Source of the DNA: Camelus dromedarius
Taxonomy: Eukaryota
Reading direction: 5' to 3'
NCBI RefSeq assembly: GCF_036321535.1
Contig: NC_087436.1
Coordinates: forward strand, 54,810,001 to 54,874,000
DNA length: 64,000 nt
The notes under the pieces were generated by a model. That model had not been told where the DNA came from. It ran no database searches and was given only the letters and a program-made list of their open reading frames with translations. Positions 1 to 14,150 of this stretch are shown here, piece by piece (within the stretch, counting starts at the first letter, position 1; each line of letters begins with the position of its first letter). The position numbers and the translations under genes are program-made.

Positions 1-66
1 TTCTAGTTTTAGAAAATGGATGATGTAAAAGGAAAATAAAAATGGAGTAGGTATTGTTAAGAATGC

Positions 67-1622
67 CCAAAAAAAGAACAAAGATTGAGAAATAACCCTC
101 CCAGACTTCGGACAATACTACAGAGCTACAGTAATCAAAACTATGTGATATTGGCACAAAAACAGATATACGGATCAATGGAATAGAATAGAGAGCCCTT
201 AAATAAATCCACACACAGTCAATTAGTCTTTGACAGAAGAGGCAAGAATATACAATGGAGAAAAGACAGTCTTTTCAGCAAGTGGTGTTGGGAAAACTGT
301 ACAGCTGCATGTCAATCAATGAAGTTGGAACACTCCCTCACACCTTACACAAAAATAAACTCAAAATGGCATAATGACTTAAACATAAGACAAGATACAA
401 TGAATCTCCTAGAAGAATACATAGGCAAAACATTTTCTGACATATTCTTAGCAATGTTCTCCTAGGGAAGTCTACCCAGGCCAAAGAAATAAAAGAAAAA
501 ATAAACAAATGGGGCCTAATTAAATTTATAAGTTTTTGCACAGCAAAAGAAACTATAAACAACAAAAATGACAACCTACAGAATGGGAAAAAATTTTGCA
601 AATGATGCAACTTACAAGGGCTTAATCTCCATAATATACAAACAGCTCATACAACTTAATAACAAAAAACAAATAATTCAATCCAAAAATGGGCAGAAGA
701 CCTAAACAAGCAATTCTCCAATGAAGACATACAGATGGCCAATAGGTACATGAAAAATGTTCAATATCACTAATTATTAGAGAAGTACAAATCAAAACTA
801 CAATGAGGTATCACCTCACACCAGTCAGAACGGCCATCATTAAAAAATCCACAAATGATAAATGCCAGAGAGGGTGAGGAGAAAAGGGAAACCTCCTACA
901 TTGTTGGTGGGAATGTAGTTTCGTGCAGCCATTATGGATAAATGTATGAAGATTCACCAAAAAACTAAAAATAGATTTACCATATGATCCAGCAATCCCA
1001 CTCCTTGGCATTATCTGGAGGAAACTCTAATTTGAAAAGACACATGCACCACAATGTTCACAGGAGCACTATTTACAATAGCTAACACATGGAAACAACT
1101 TAAATGTCCATCGACAGATGACTGGATACAGCAGCTGTGGTATATTTATGCACCGAAATACTACTCAGCCATAAAAAATAATAAAACAATGCCATTTGCT
1201 GCAACATGGATGGACCTGGAGAACATCATTCTGAGTGAAGTAAGCCAGAAAGAGAAAGAAAAATACGATATGATATCACTTATATGTGGAATCTAAAAAA
1301 AGACATAAATGAACTTATTTACAAAACAGAGACTCACAGACATAGAAAACAAACTTATGGTTACAGAGGGGGAAGGGGGACAGAAGGCATAAATTGTGAG
1401 ATTGAGATTTGCAGATACTGACTGCTATACATAAAATAGATAAACAACAAGCTTATACTGTATAGCACAGGGAATTATATTCAATATCTTATTGTAACCT
1501 ATAATGAAAAATAATATGAAAAGGAATTTCTGTGTGTATATGCATGACTGAAACTTTATGCTGGACACCAGAAATTGATACATTGTAAGCTGACTATACT
1601 TTAAGTAAAAAATTTTTTAAAA
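67..1622 (+). mobile_element. 5'-truncated LINE-1 (3' part of ORF2 + 3'UTR + A-rich tail), intermediate-age subfamily
   Basis: ORF2 C-terminal peptide (...[20 protein letters not shown], stop at 1296), followed by a typical L1 3'UTR and A-tail. TSD AAGAATGC at 59-66 and 1623-1630, with an endonuclease-like TT/AAGA site. Confidence 0.95.
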
Positions 1623-2119
1623 AAGAATGCTCTGTAAAGGGGAGCTGGGAGGCCATTAGGGAAGTGTGACTGATGTATGTTTCAGCCCAGATGGAATTTA
1701 ATCTTTCGACCACTTATTGTCTTAACACAGGCATCTAGAATATCTCCCAGAAACTCAAGACACTTACCCTAAAAATAACTCATGAAGCTTACTCCTTAAG
1801 GACAAGTATTTCCTTTCCTGAGTCACAGTCAATCACAATTCTTGCTAGACAACTTCAACAATCTTGTGACTTTTGCCTTTATAATTCCTTCAATCTTTCT
1901 CTTCCCCAGAATATTTTTTTTGGTTTTATCCAAATCTGTGTCTCCTGATTGCAATTGCAAAGACTCCAAATAAACTACTTTATTTTTCGCAGCTTTGACA
2001 CTGATTATTTTTTTAACAGTGATAATATTTAGAGAGATATGATACTTTTGGGACAAGAAGACAAAAAAATTCATCAACATGTTGTGCGTACATGAAAGAA
2101 AATCCTTATTTCCTTCTTA

Positions 2120-2979
2120 TGTAGAGAAAAACTCAGTTACCTTTGCAGCTGTATTTTTCTTCCTTGTGTGTCTTCTTTACTATCCACACAAAACACTTCA
2201 TTTCTGATACCTCTGGTCTCTAGATGTGTAGGGTTTTCCCCCACAACCATAAGCAAGTCTCCATGACACAAGCCGAGTGTCCTACAATTTAACTTAATTT
2301 GAACACTATCTGCCTGGAGATAGTGACAGATTTCACAGCTAAGGCTCAATGCCACAAGACTGCCCTCACTTCCACTTCAGATACCATTCACAAGCCCAGA
2401 TTATAGGTGATGTAAATATCACCTATACTTCTGACAAACCACCTATAGATTGGAGGTTCCACTGACCTTCTTCTCAGGTTCAATTAACTTGCTAGAGTGG
2501 CTCACAGAACTTGGGGAAACACTTATTTACGTTTACCAGTTTATTAAAGGATATGATAAAAGATTCAGATAAACATGAGAAGACAAGATATATAGGGTAA
2601 AGTCTAGGAGGGTTCTGGGTGCAGGAGCTTCTCTGTCCCTGTGGAGTTGGAGTGTGTCACCTTATAAGTTTGCAAAACTGGAAGCTCTCTTAACTCATAC
2701 TTTTGGGATTTTATGGAGGCTTCCTTATGTAGGCGTGATGAATCATTAATTTCATTTCAAGGCCCTTCACCCTTCTCAGGAGAATGTGGAGTAGGGAGCT
2801 TCTAATCATGGCTTCGTCTTTCTGGTGACCAACCCTCTTCCAGGATCCCACCCAGAGTTGCCTCATTAGAACAGCAGACACTTTTATCACCTAGGAAATT
2901 ACAAGAGTTTCAGGAGAACAGTGTCAGGAACCAGGGGCAGAGATTAATATACATATACTTTTTTCCCTACTATCTTACA
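2120..2979 (-). mobile_element. MER21-family solo LTR (ERVL class)
   Basis: TG...CA ends. Resembles the recalled MER21 consensus (e.g. ACACTATCTGCCTGGAGATAG, TTGCTAGAGTGGCTCACAGAAC, TTTATGGAGGCTTC, CTTTCTGGTGACC). Confidence 0.85.
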
Positions 2980-3769
2980 GTACATGTTAACAAAAATACT
3001 ATTTTTTTCTTAGAAGTAAAAAGAATAAATGCAATATTGATGACACAGATATACTTGTACTGGCTATTTCTAATATTGTTTAAGTACAATATCTGCCTAT
3101 AAAAAAGTGTAGTTTATAATGGCACCTGGAGAAAACCAAATTAGAGAGGGACTGCCCATAACAGAAATGAGAGAGAAAAGTGCTGAGAATGCCCAGTGGT
3201 TCCTTTAAAATACTGTAGACTAAATTAACTAATGGCATTGCACTTTTTAATTTAATTAAAGAAATCTGCAGCCAGAAAATGCTTCTCTCTATATTATTAG
3301 TCTGACATTCATTTGTCCTGTATAGGCCAAAGAATATTTCAAATCACCTTAGGCTCAGGGTTATCCACCTTATTTTATTCTCTTATTCTTGTTCCTCATC
3401 CTACTTCAACTCACTTTAAAAAGTGTAACTGGGATATGGTAGACAAAAGGTATAGAAAATAATAGAGGTATAAATTGCATTCTTTCCTGTAGCAATGACA
3501 AATTGGTGATCTTGTAAGAATCGTGGCCATGAGAATTACCGTAGGTCTAGGTTTTTAGAAATCAGTTCCCTGTCCTTCTGTCCTCCAGCCACCTTCTCTA
3601 ACCCCTGACAGCTTTAGGGGGATTGTTATTTAGAAAGCAATACATTGACCCTTATAAAAGCATTTCACAATGAAAAAATGCCATATAAATTCTGATATTC
3701 TTTCATTTGAACTTTGGCCTGATTATGACTTCAATTTAATTCACTAAGAATGATAGGGCCATTTGGCTG

Positions 3770-4190
3770 AACCATCAACAGTAAAACACATGTTTACTGA
3801 GTTCTTGTGTTAGGAATATAGGAATGCATATAACATATATTTATAAGCTGCAGTCATTTTCTTCAAGGACTATAAACCTAGTAGAAGTCCTAAGAGTATA
3901 TAAATAATTATGAAGAAAATAAAATATATAAACATAACTATTAACATAAAGCATTGTGAAAATTCAGAGAAAGGAGAGATCATACATATCATTAAGAATC
4001 TAGAAATATCTCATTTAGTAGGTGGCATCTGAGACAACCTATGAGTGACTGGTAGGATTTTTGAGAAGTAGAAACAAAGCAGAAGTAGGAGAAAACATAA
4101 TCGTAAGACTTAGGAAAATATTACTGTTTAGTAAAGTTTTTCCAAGGAAAATAAAAGATGAGCTTGGAAAGATACAGTTGAAGCAAAATT
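3770..4190 (-). mobile_element. L2 LINE relic (3' region)
   Basis: Degenerate reverse-complement L2 3' end (ATGTTTACTGAG...GAAAATTCAGAGAAAGGAGAGATC...GGTGGCATCTGAG). Confidence 0.5.
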
Positions 4191-4238
4191 AATTTATACT
4201 GACTGCTCTGTTGCTAAAAATGAAACACTTATTGATGT

Positions 4239-4435
4239 CTGTTGCAGGAACTGACTGACTGTTTACCAAAATTGTTTCTTCTTCCTTCCTTCCATAGAGC
4301 TAACCTGCATTTACTTGCACCCTTTGCAGGTAGGTGAGGACATGTGACTGAATTTTGACAATGATGTAAATACTTCCAGAGATGGCCCATAAATGACTAA
4401 AAGTAATCTTTCATTTTCTTTCCCCTTCAGAGCAA
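4239..4435 (+). mobile_element. MLT1I/J-like MaLR LTR fragment
   Basis: CCCTTTGCAGGTAGGTGAGGACATGTGACTGAATTTTGACAATG resembles the MLT1J-type core. Confidence 0.6.
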
Positions 4436-4444
4436 ATTTGGAAT

Positions 4445-5990
4445 ACTCACATTACCTGATTTGAAGACTTAGTACAAAGCTACAATTGTTGGTTTAAAGT
4501 GTAGAATCATAAATCAAAGAACAGAACATTCAGTCCAGAAATAAATCCTTCAAAAATGACTGATTTTTTTTAAAAGAGGTACTGGAGATTGAATCCAGGA
4601 CCTCATACAGTACATGCTAAGTACATGCTCTACCACTGAGCTATTACCAATGTCACTTCCCCACCTCAATGACCAATTTTTGACAAAGGAGCAAAGCAAT
4701 TTAATAGAGAAAGGATAGTCTTTTTTTAATAAATGGTGTTGGAATAAGTGGACATTCATATGCAAAAATGGACCTCAATAAATACCTTACACATTTCACA
4801 GAAGTTAATTCAAAGTGAATGTTAGATTAATATAAAATTTTGAACTCTGAAAGTTCTAGAAGAAATAATAGTTGAAAATCATGGTCTTGGGTTAGCTAGA
4901 GTTCTTACATAAGACACCAGGAACATGATATATGAAAGAAAAATTGCTAAATTAGACTTCATAAAAATTAAAACCTTTTATTCTATGAAGGAACTATTGA
5001 GAGAATGAAGAGATCAATCACAGAGCTGGAGAAATATTCGTAAATCACATTTCTGACAAAGGACTTGTACCTAGAGTACATAAAGTTTTCTAAAACTCAA
5101 ACAGTGAAAAAAAACCCGAATATGAAAAATGAGCAAAGAATCTGATCGGACACTGCACCAAAGAAGACATTTTGGTGATATTAAAGCACAGGAAAAGATA
5201 CTCAACAAAATTAATCATTAGGGAAATGTAACTTAAGGCCACACAAGGTACAGGTATATACTTCTTAACTTCGCTAAAATGAAAAAAACAAAACAAAACA
5301 AAAAAAAAAAAAAACCACTTATAATACCAAGTACTGGTGAGGATGTGGAGCAACTGGAACTCTCATATTTTGCTGGTAGGAATGTAAAATGATGCAAGTG
5401 CTTTGGAAACCAGTTTGGTAGCTTCTTGTAAAGTTAAACATACACTTGCCATATGAGCCAATAATCCTTCTCCTAGGTATTTGGCCTAGAGAAATAAAAA
5501 CATAATCTTACAAAAATCTGTTTCTAAATGGATATCAGCTTTACTGTTAACCACCAAAAATGGAAACTAAACCATTTGTATTTCAATTGTTGAATGGTTA
5601 AACAAAATTTGAAATCTCAATACAACAGAATTCTGCTTGGCAATAAAAGGAATAAAATATTGATTCACACAATAATATGGAAATATATTTTGCTAAGTAA
5701 AAGAATTTAAACACCCAAAGGTTACATATTATATGTTTCCATTTATATAACATTCTTGAAAATCCAAAACTATAGAGATGAGAACATATCAGTGTTTTTC
5801 AGGAATTCGGGGCTGGGAAAGGGATTGATTCTAAACGGACCACGTAAGACAATTTTGGGGTAATGGAACTGCTGTATATCATAACTGTGCTGGATACATG
5901 ACTACATACATTTATTAAGATCTACATAACTTTATACAATAATAGTGAATTTTACTGTATATAAATAGAAAAGTAATAATGAAAAGAATA
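4445..5990 (+). mobile_element. Old L1M (L1MB/MC/MD-type) 3' ORF2 + 3'UTR, interrupted by a SINE
   Basis: Degenerate ORF2 motifs (TTTTGACAAAGG, AATAAATGGTGTTGG, GGTGAGGATGTGGAGCAACTGGAACTCTCAT) and an old-type 3'UTR ending GTGAATTTTACTGTATATAAAT. Confidence 0.85.
4564..4665 (-). mobile_element. tRNA-Ala-derived SINE (vic-1 type, camelid)
   Basis: The minus strand reads TAGCTCAGTGGTAGAGCATGTACTTAGCATG...GAGGTCCTGGATTCAATCTCCAGTACCTC plus an A-tail, with Pol III A/B boxes. Flanked by an imperfect TSD (AATGACTGATTTT / AATGACCAATTTT). Confidence 0.85.
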
Positions 5991-6174
5991 AAAATATAAG
6001 GCCACAAAATCTTGCAGCTTCTACTTTACTGGTACCAGAAAATCTAATAAGATTTTATAATCCAGATTCATAGATATTGGCATTCTACCAACAAAAATTT
6101 CAGCAACAAAATGGAGTCTTGTGAATATCCACTCTCAAGATAGATTAACGATGTCATTAAACAACAAGACATAG

Positions 6175-6835
6175 GAAATAGATACAACTGGGCATATCTT
6201 CTTCAACTACTGAAAATCAAAGATAAAGAAAAAATCTGAAAAGAGCCAGATGGAAAAACAAACACTGTTATCTCTACAGAAACAAATTGGCAAAATCAGT
6301 AAGGACATAACTGAACTCAACTGCACCATCAATTGGATATTATTAACATCTCCAAACTACTTCAACTAAAAATTGCAGAATACATATACATTTTTCTCAA
6401 GCTCACATAGAGCATTCACCCAAATTCCATATTCTGGGCCACAAAACACGTCTTCATAAATTTAAAAGAATAGAAACCATATAATGTATTACTCTCAGAC
6501 CACAATAAAGTAAAACTAGAAATCAATAACAGAAAAATAACTAGAAAAATCCAAAATATGTGAGGATTGAACGACACACTTCTAAATAATACATGGGTCA
6601 AAGATGCATTCTAAAGAGAAATTTAAAAATATTTTGAAATAAGTGAAAATGAAAATAAAACTTTTCAAAATTTGAGATATGCTGTGAAAAGTAGTGCTTA
6701 GAGAGAAATTTATAATATTGCATTCATATATTTAAAAAGAAGAAAGGTCTAAACTCAATGATCTAAATTTCTAAATTTTCACATTAGGAAACTAGAAAAA
6801 GAAAACATTAAATCCAAAGTAAGCAGAAAAGAAAT
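6175..6835 (+). mobile_element. Old L1 fragment: ORF1 piece joined directly to ORF2 endonuclease region (internal deletion)
   Basis: AAAATCAAAGATAAAGAAAAAATCTG (ORF1-like), then AAAATCAGTAAGGACATA...CTCAGACCACAATAAAGTAAAACTAGAAATCAATAAC (ORF2 EN SDH motif region). Confidence 0.75.
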
Positions 6836-8509
6836 TTGATGAGGGAATTAAACTTTTATTTGTAGACCAACCACAAAATTACAAGTTTGCAATGTTGTAT
6901 TCTTGGTAATAATAGCAATACTCTTACTTGCTTTCATATACTATTTCAGCTGCATACTTATACTAATATATTTCATTGAGCATTGTGGCTAATTATGTTT
7001 TTGGAATACATCAAACTTTAATATTAGAGTCATACTCTGGTGACTATCTAAATACTAACCTAAAGAATAAATAACAAGATCTAAAACAATACGCAAGCTT
7101 TGTTAGTGAAATGTTCTCTGGCACACGTTTGTCTTTCTCTTACTAAAAAAGTATATGCATTTTAAATCTATTTCTTGAAAACCAATTTGTACTCATTTCA
7201 TGCATAATATAACAAGGTAAATTCTGATATTTTAAAAATCTTACAGTAGGTGCTAAAAAGGTTTTCAGGAAATAATGTTACCAGAAAACACAGTCATCAC
7301 TTACTATCAGAAATTATGCATGTTCCACATGTTCCCCAAGCAGGAGATATATACAAATGAACTGACAATCATATATTTTGCAATTTCTAGATTTGCTATT
7401 CTCATTCATATAGACTAAAATTTATAGGTTATTTCACTCTCCAGAAATACTAAAATAGAAAATATGAAAAAATAATTTTTCTAAACTTACAGTCCTTCTG
7501 TACTACTCATTTGATTTAATGGAAAGAAAGGAGAGAGAGAGGGAATGATAAAGAGGAAAGAATGATTGAGAGGATTTGGGGAGGGAAGAAGGAAAAAGAA
7601 ACAAACTATAACATTCAACTCTAAGTTAAGTTTTGATTTAACCTACTAACATCTTGATTGAAACTAAAATACCTATCACAAATATGAATGTCTTTTGTTC
7701 CCAACAATTTACAGCACTTTATGGCCTATTTCATTGCATCATAAATGTCATAATGACCAAATGTTCCATGAAATGTCATAAAATGACATGAATTACAGCT
7801 ATCATCTAGGTCTACGTCTGGAAAACCGAGTTTCTGGCTCATGTTCAGGTAACACTGTGCTTTTTGTGTTTGAAATCTCTGTGTACTGTGACACTGAGTT
7901 AATTAATTTAATTTTATCGTCCAAATGTACTATAGTTCTCTCTCAAAAACTAATTCATTAGTCTGGAGAGGATATACATAACTGAATTAAGTATCTTCCA
8001 ATTATAATACTGTTATTTCTTTAAATATCAGCTATTTAAAGATTTCTAAAATCTCATTTTAACAAAGCTCTCTAGCATGATATTGCTTTACAACTAATGC
8101 TTCATTTTCAATATTAGGACATTTGCTGCTCTGGGACTTATTAACGAGTTTGAGATTTTACCATACTGTTCAAATCAGTAATGAATGCCTTGTTCTTTGG
8201 CTACCCCTTTTTCCCATTATCCTGTGCCTGCCAGAATGTAATTTGATAGTTTCCTAAATGTGAGTAAGGAAAAAGGGAAAAGATCCTAATGATGCTATTC
8301 ACACAATGGTGCTGCCTATATTTGCATTACTAAACCTACTTTTCACAAGTTGGCTTTACTACTTAGCTTTAATCCAGCTGGAAATTTAGCTTGCAAACTA
8401 AAAAGCAGTTTTTAAAAAGTTAATTTTCAATTTATGTCAACATTTTCTTTCTCTTTTTTCTTAATCCAAACAGAGAAATGATGCAACTCTTAGGCTCGAT
8501 TTTAATGTA

Positions 8510-8650
8510 CCTATTTATTCAACAAGTACTTTTTGAGCCCTTTCTGAATCTGGGTACTGTGGTTTAGGGGAAGAAATAAACATGGCAAGTCCTGTTTCTG
8601 CCTTCATGACACTTATCCAGGAGCTCAGAAAACAAATATGTAATTGTAAA
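8510..8650 (-). mobile_element. L2 3'-end relic
   Basis: ATTTATTCAACAAGTACTTTTTGAGC...GGGTACTGTG...CTGCCTTCATG resembles the reverse L2 tail. Confidence 0.55.
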
Positions 8651-11264
8651 TCCATTTCTAAGTGTCTGACTTTGGAAAGCTAAGGCATTTTCTACAGAAT
8701 GCCATTACTTCAGATCCATAGAGGAATATAAATTGAAACACTTGAACCAGCATTTTCAATTCTGCAAGCTATTCCTATTCCTTTTACTTTTTAGTGAATT
8801 TTCTCTACACTTTATCACTGAATAAATTATAGGCAAACTAATTCAATCCCTCCTTGTTTGTAAGAGTACATCTTTGTGGACAACCAGTATAACTGTAATA
8901 GTGGACACTTTGCTACTCTTGATTTTCAAGGCTCCCTCAGTATGTTCCTGCTGGTAGGAGAGAGTAATGAATAACTGGATATCCTGAGTTGTAATGTGTA
9001 TCCTGGGCCTCTGATCTACCTAAATGTCTTCTACCTACTCTTACCTTCCTCAACAAAACATTTGTCTCTTAGTTCTTTCAACACCCAATTAGTTTTTCAC
9101 CACTTGGTTTATTGCCAATCCCTACCCTGACATGTAATACATACTCATTGAATAAATTAACTGACACAACCCTGGAAATAAGCTATAGAGAATTTAAAAA
9201 AAAATTTACGGAAACATGGCTCATACCATTTGGCACGATAATTTTACCTACAAGGATTGTGTCTTCCTGAAACAATGATTTACTTCTATACAGAAAGAAG
9301 CTAAAATTGTATTTAAAACTTTTTGTTAAAGTTAGACAAAAGAGCCATAAAATAATGGGATTTGTCATATTGGAGGCTTATGTGATTAGACAATGAATTT
9401 TAAGACAAATATGGGTGCTTAGCTTATTATAATGCCCCAAGAGAAAATCTTAAAGCCCAACTCAGCAACAATAGTCAGAGTTTATATAGGGCAATTTATA
9501 TATTCCAAGGAAGGAAATTACTACAATGCTTGGGGCACTTTATAATGTGAAAAAATACAACGAGAAAGACTGTCAGCCTAATATTTCAATATTACTAAGT
9601 ATATATGTGAATAATTCCCTTGGCTTCAATCTTTCTACAATGGCTTTTAATCAACAAATAAAAGATTGGGAGAAAAATGTCTGTTCAAGGGTTTTGTAAA
9701 GTTCTGAAACTTCCATCTGCGTCCATTTGTCTAAAATCTGCCTGGTATTCCAATCTAATTTATACTTTTTTCTCAAGGATTTTTTTTTTTTAAGTTAAGA
9801 ATAGCATGAAAAATTCCAACATTTAGCAGAACTATGCAAACCTAAACTTTGAACTATGAGTTTTCTAACTAGTAATTCCAATTGCAAGAACTTCTGACTT
9901 AGGGGGAAAAAATCTGTAGGAACATTTAAATTCTTGAAGAAAAAGTGTTGGATAATGACAAATGAGATATTTGGCCTTGCATGACCAAGCCTATGAAGAA
10001 CATTTACATTATAGGGAGAGTAATATATTACCTCAAGTTTGCACAGTCAATTATGTTTCCTATATGGTTTGTTAGGTTCTAGTAAATGCTTTAAACTTTC
10101 CATTTAATTTGTCTCTTAATGTCATTGTTTTACATTGGTATATTTTTGATAATCTTTAAAAAGAAAGTTTAAATATATTTATAGAATGTTTTACTTCGTA
10201 AGTGACATTATGCCAGGCATATTAAAGGATATAAAGATAAAGGAGACAGTCTATTCTATGAAAGAGCTTAAGCAGTCTATAAGGAGGAAAAGCTCAGAAC
10301 ATTTAGAAGAGAGAATAAAAATGCATAGTAGAATATAGTAAGGAGATGTTTTGAATATTAAGTACTTTTCTCATGTTTTTATTTTTAAGAGCATGCTAAA
10401 AATCTCAGTTGTCAATAATAGAAGAAAAAAAAAACATTGAGGGTTCATTTCCAAAACATGAGTAACAAATATATGTGCATTCATTACAGTTCCATTATTT
10501 TTCAGTTCCTTTGTTTTTGAAAAAGCAGAACACAGGTATAAATTTCCAGGTCTTTGAAAACATTTTACACCTTTTCAAATGTACAACATTTTGTTGTCTT
10601 CTCTATCTTAATGTTTCCTCTTAAACTCTATCATTTCTTAAAAGACAAAATTAACATTTTACTGTTTACTGTATGGCTGTAAGTTCAAGACCTGAATATT
10701 CTGTGACATTCATGACTTGTGAGAATGAATGAAAGTCAAGTGTGGTTCAGGAAGCCACAGAAATCGATCTTTGAACAAAACACTGCTGTTTATATGGTAC
10801 ATTATAACCTCTTTCTGTTAAGTCTTTGGCATGAAACACTATAAAGTTCCACTAGTCTTCATTGCTTTCAGCAGGCTAGTGACTTTGCTGCCTTGCTATG
10901 ATGACTGAACTTGAGTTAACATGAGTTGACTGCCAGTAGGGTATGGTGGGCTAACTTGTTGTTTGAATAGACAAGGCTTCTCTTCCCTCTAAATCACACA
11001 GAATTATTTTGCAGAATAGGAACAGTAAACATGACAATAGCTGAAACAGAAACAAAAAAATTCCATAGGAGTTGCAGAAATGGCATTCAGCTAACAATAC
11101 TGTTATAAGAGAAATCTTTCCTATATGTTGATTTTTTTTTAAAGTGGAGGGATCATTTATTATTTAGGATAAAATTTACATAGAATTTAGAGAATAGTTT
11201 AAAGAAAGCTTTCCCTTTTGTTATTTGTGCTTGATCCAAAGAATTCTCCAACTGCATCACTTTG

Positions 11265-11425
11265 TTAATTCATTGAACATAAATTCACAGAATACCTGCT
11301 TTGTGGCAAAGTCTATGTTAAGTATTAAATGTACAGAGGTTCAGAACCTGGTATCTAAGCTGAAGGAACTTACAGGTAAGATTGGGAGAAATACAAGTTA
11401 AAAAACAATTAAATGCAACATAAAA
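11265..11425 (-). mobile_element. L2 3'-end relic
   Basis: ATTCATTGAACATAAATTCACAGAATACCTGCTTTGTGGCAAAG...GAAGGAACTTACAG. Confidence 0.55.
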
Positions 11426-11429
11426 GCTA

Positions 11430-12370
11430 TAAATTTCACCAACTCTTCAAGGAAGCTAAGATTCTTATTTAAAAATTCCAGATCTTTCAACTAATTTTAT
11501 AAGTTGAGCAAAAACCATGATACCAAAGCAACAAAACTAATGCAGAAAAAAGCAGAACATTTTCACATATGAGCAAAAATGCAAGATTCAAAATAACATA
11601 ATAGCAAATACAACCTAACACTGTGTCAAAGAAAAAACACCTCATAAAGTAGTCTTTAAAGATTAGTTGATGTCAGGAAATCTATTAATGTAATTTACTA
11701 CATTAACAAGATTAAAAAGGAAATAAAATTATATCATCATATTGACAGATACCCAATATCATGTTTTGCATTTTAATACCCATTACTGAAAAAAAGTTTG
11801 CTTTTTTTCTGAGCACCTTTCAGAAAACTACTGCAAAATCTTATCTTCTGGTAATACATTAAAAGCTTTCTTTTGCAGTCAGGAAAAATACATTCATGCC
11901 TATTCTTTCATGTCTTCTTCAGTATTGTACTAAATATTTGCCTAAAAGTTAAATGAACATGGTTGATAAATTAACACCTCACAATGTTGGTGTTATTTAA
12001 ATCTTTTTCCTTAATAATTGACTATGTGTCCTTAATCCTTGGATCCATCTTAAACTCCTTTATGGTTATTTATAATTAGATTAGATTATTTACCCATAAC
12101 TACCCCCAAATTCTCAAGTAAAAAAGTTTGCCATACAAAAGACTAAGTAATTAATTGCTAATTAATTAATGGCTTGATATTTGGAATGTATCTTCCTATA
12201 GAAAACTGTTTGTAGACGAGCATAGAAAACCTATTAATACTAGGGAATAAACTTAATATGGAAAAAAACTAATCTGCATTCTATGTAAGTGGAATACAGA
12301 AGTAATATTAAAATAGTAAAATAAAATCCTTTATGGTACAAATAATAAATATAAAATTTATAAATAAAAT
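11430..12370 (+). mobile_element. Highly degraded ancient L1M ORF2 (RT region) fragments
   Basis: GGAAATCTATTAATGTAATTTACTACATTAACAAGATTAAAAAG ([16 protein letters not shown]), CAGTCAGGAAAA and CAGTATTGTACT motifs. Confidence 0.55.
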
Positions 12371-13184
12371 ATGTATTGAAAAATTTAAATTTTCCTTGGA
12401 TTCCTGTCTTGGAAGCAAGTAAGGTGAGATTCTAGACCCTTCATAGACACTAAAAATCAATTGAACTTGTTTTGTGTTTTTTTGTTTTGTTTTCTGTTTT
12501 TTTCCATGTATAATTTTACTTCAAAGTATTTTTTTAATTATTGAAAAATATTTTAATTATTTTAAAAGAAATTTGTTACTTGTGATTCTAGTCTTCTATC
12601 GGCTTACAACTGATTAAAATATGCAAATGACTGAATGTAAATAACTGAGCAAAAGTTAGAGGACAGAAAACAAAGAAAGTATACCAGAATGAGATCATTA
12701 TATTTTAAAGTGAGGATGACTTTGATAGAGTATATTTGTACTATCTCTTTGAGAGAGAGAGGAAGGAACAATAAGTTGGTTCTCTTGCCAACTGCTAGGC
12801 TGCATCAGTACAGGTCATCTTGGTTATTATCCAAAGCAGGTGTGAACAATCTTGGGATGAATGTGGAGATGTACAATAGTCGAAACAACAGAACATTAAC
12901 CATATGGATACTCACAGTAAAATTTTGATCTACATAACTGAATGGACTATTGTCATCTCCAACAACGTTGCTAGAGCTAAAATATATGAATTAGCATGCT
13001 ATGGTTAAAGTTTAGTGGTTTGTTAACCAGCCTTAGGCTAACTTGCCAGAAAATAGTAAAATTCAATAGTAATTTGTTATTTTTGTTTGAAAGCTAATTT
13101 AAATATAATTTTCTTCTTTCCTTTTATTTAAATTGTACAAGGCTACCCTTATTAAAGAAACAAAAACAAAAACCAAACTTCTCT

Positions 13185-14150
13185 AATTTGTTCAACATAC
13201 CATTTTTGAGTACCTGTTGCTAGATTCAAAAAAGCACATATAGTTTTAGTTGTCTGAGAATGACATTAAACAAACAAGGATAAATCCACAGTTGAAATCT
13301 GTGAAAAATGCAATGAAGGAAAAGAACAGGATGCAATGACATACAATAACAGGAAGAACTTTAGGGGATGTAGTTATAGAAGTTTTTGCTTAAAATGGCA
13401 TTTAAGCTGCAGTCTGAAGAGTGACTAGGAGTTATTCATCAGGAGAAAAAGAGGTTGTGACTTTTAGGTAGAATGAATAATTCATTAAAAATAATAACAA
13501 TCAACTTAGATGAAGGAAGAGCCTGTGAAAAAATTCCAGGTGGCTGGAGGGTATTTGAGCAACGAGAGTAGTGATATTGAGACAGGATGGAATCTGGGAC
13601 CTGGGGCTCCTTATTGTAGTGCTTGCACCTAGACAAATGTCTTCCTCTTTGAGCAACAGAATACAAAGAAACTATAAGAGACTAAAAATAACTGCATGCA
13701 TGAGCAGCTGGGGACAAATTATGAAAAACAAGACACAAAAAGGCCAAAACCCAATTGCCACTTCTGAGGTGCCTGGAGCAAAAGCAGGGTACCATGCATG
13801 CATGACCCCTGCACACAGCACCACCAAGGAGGTGGGCCCACCACCTAAGCCACCCCTCCAGCCTGATACACCAATCCACCCTCACCCTCATCCCATTTAA
13901 AGAACCAGAACATCCTCCCCTCGGATAGAGAGCAAAAGGCACCCCTTACTTGTTCTTTCTCCCTCATGTTGAAGCACAAATCCCAACAAAGACTTGCCTG
14001 GATTCTTCTTCTGGCCTCTTATCAATTTCTATTGATTAAAGAGTCCAAGAACACAGGTTGGTAACAATCTGAATTAAGGTTGGAGTTAAATCATGAAGTT
14101 TTTACATTATTCTGAATATACTGAGGAGGTTAAGGCTGTGATAAAATTAC
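13185..14150 (-). mobile_element. L2 relic, split by the LTR at 13578-14066
   Basis: TTTGTTCAACA...TTGAGTACCT; AATGCAATGAAGGAAAAGAACAGG; GGCATTTAAGCTG...TGAAG. L2-like sequence resumes after the LTR. Confidence 0.55.
13578..14066 (+). mobile_element. ERV1 solo LTR, MER41-like (cetartiodactyl type)
   Basis: TGAGACAGG...GGTTGGTAACA termini, 4-bp TSD ATAT/ATCT, and a 3' end ATCAATTTCTATTGATTAAAGAGTCCAAGAAC as recalled for this group. Confidence 0.8.

Noticed and set aside
4575..4645. Possible functional tRNA-Ala gene
   Set aside because: It has insertions, a disrupted acceptor stem, an A-tail and a TSD, so it is a SINE copy.
13571..13942. ORFs of 109 and 86 aa
   Set aside because: They lie almost entirely within a solo LTR and show no gag/pol/env similarity that I recognise.
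13578..14066. Interferon-responsive STAT1 (GAS) enhancer, as in primate MER41B
   Set aside because: I saw no TTCNNNGAA motif in this copy.
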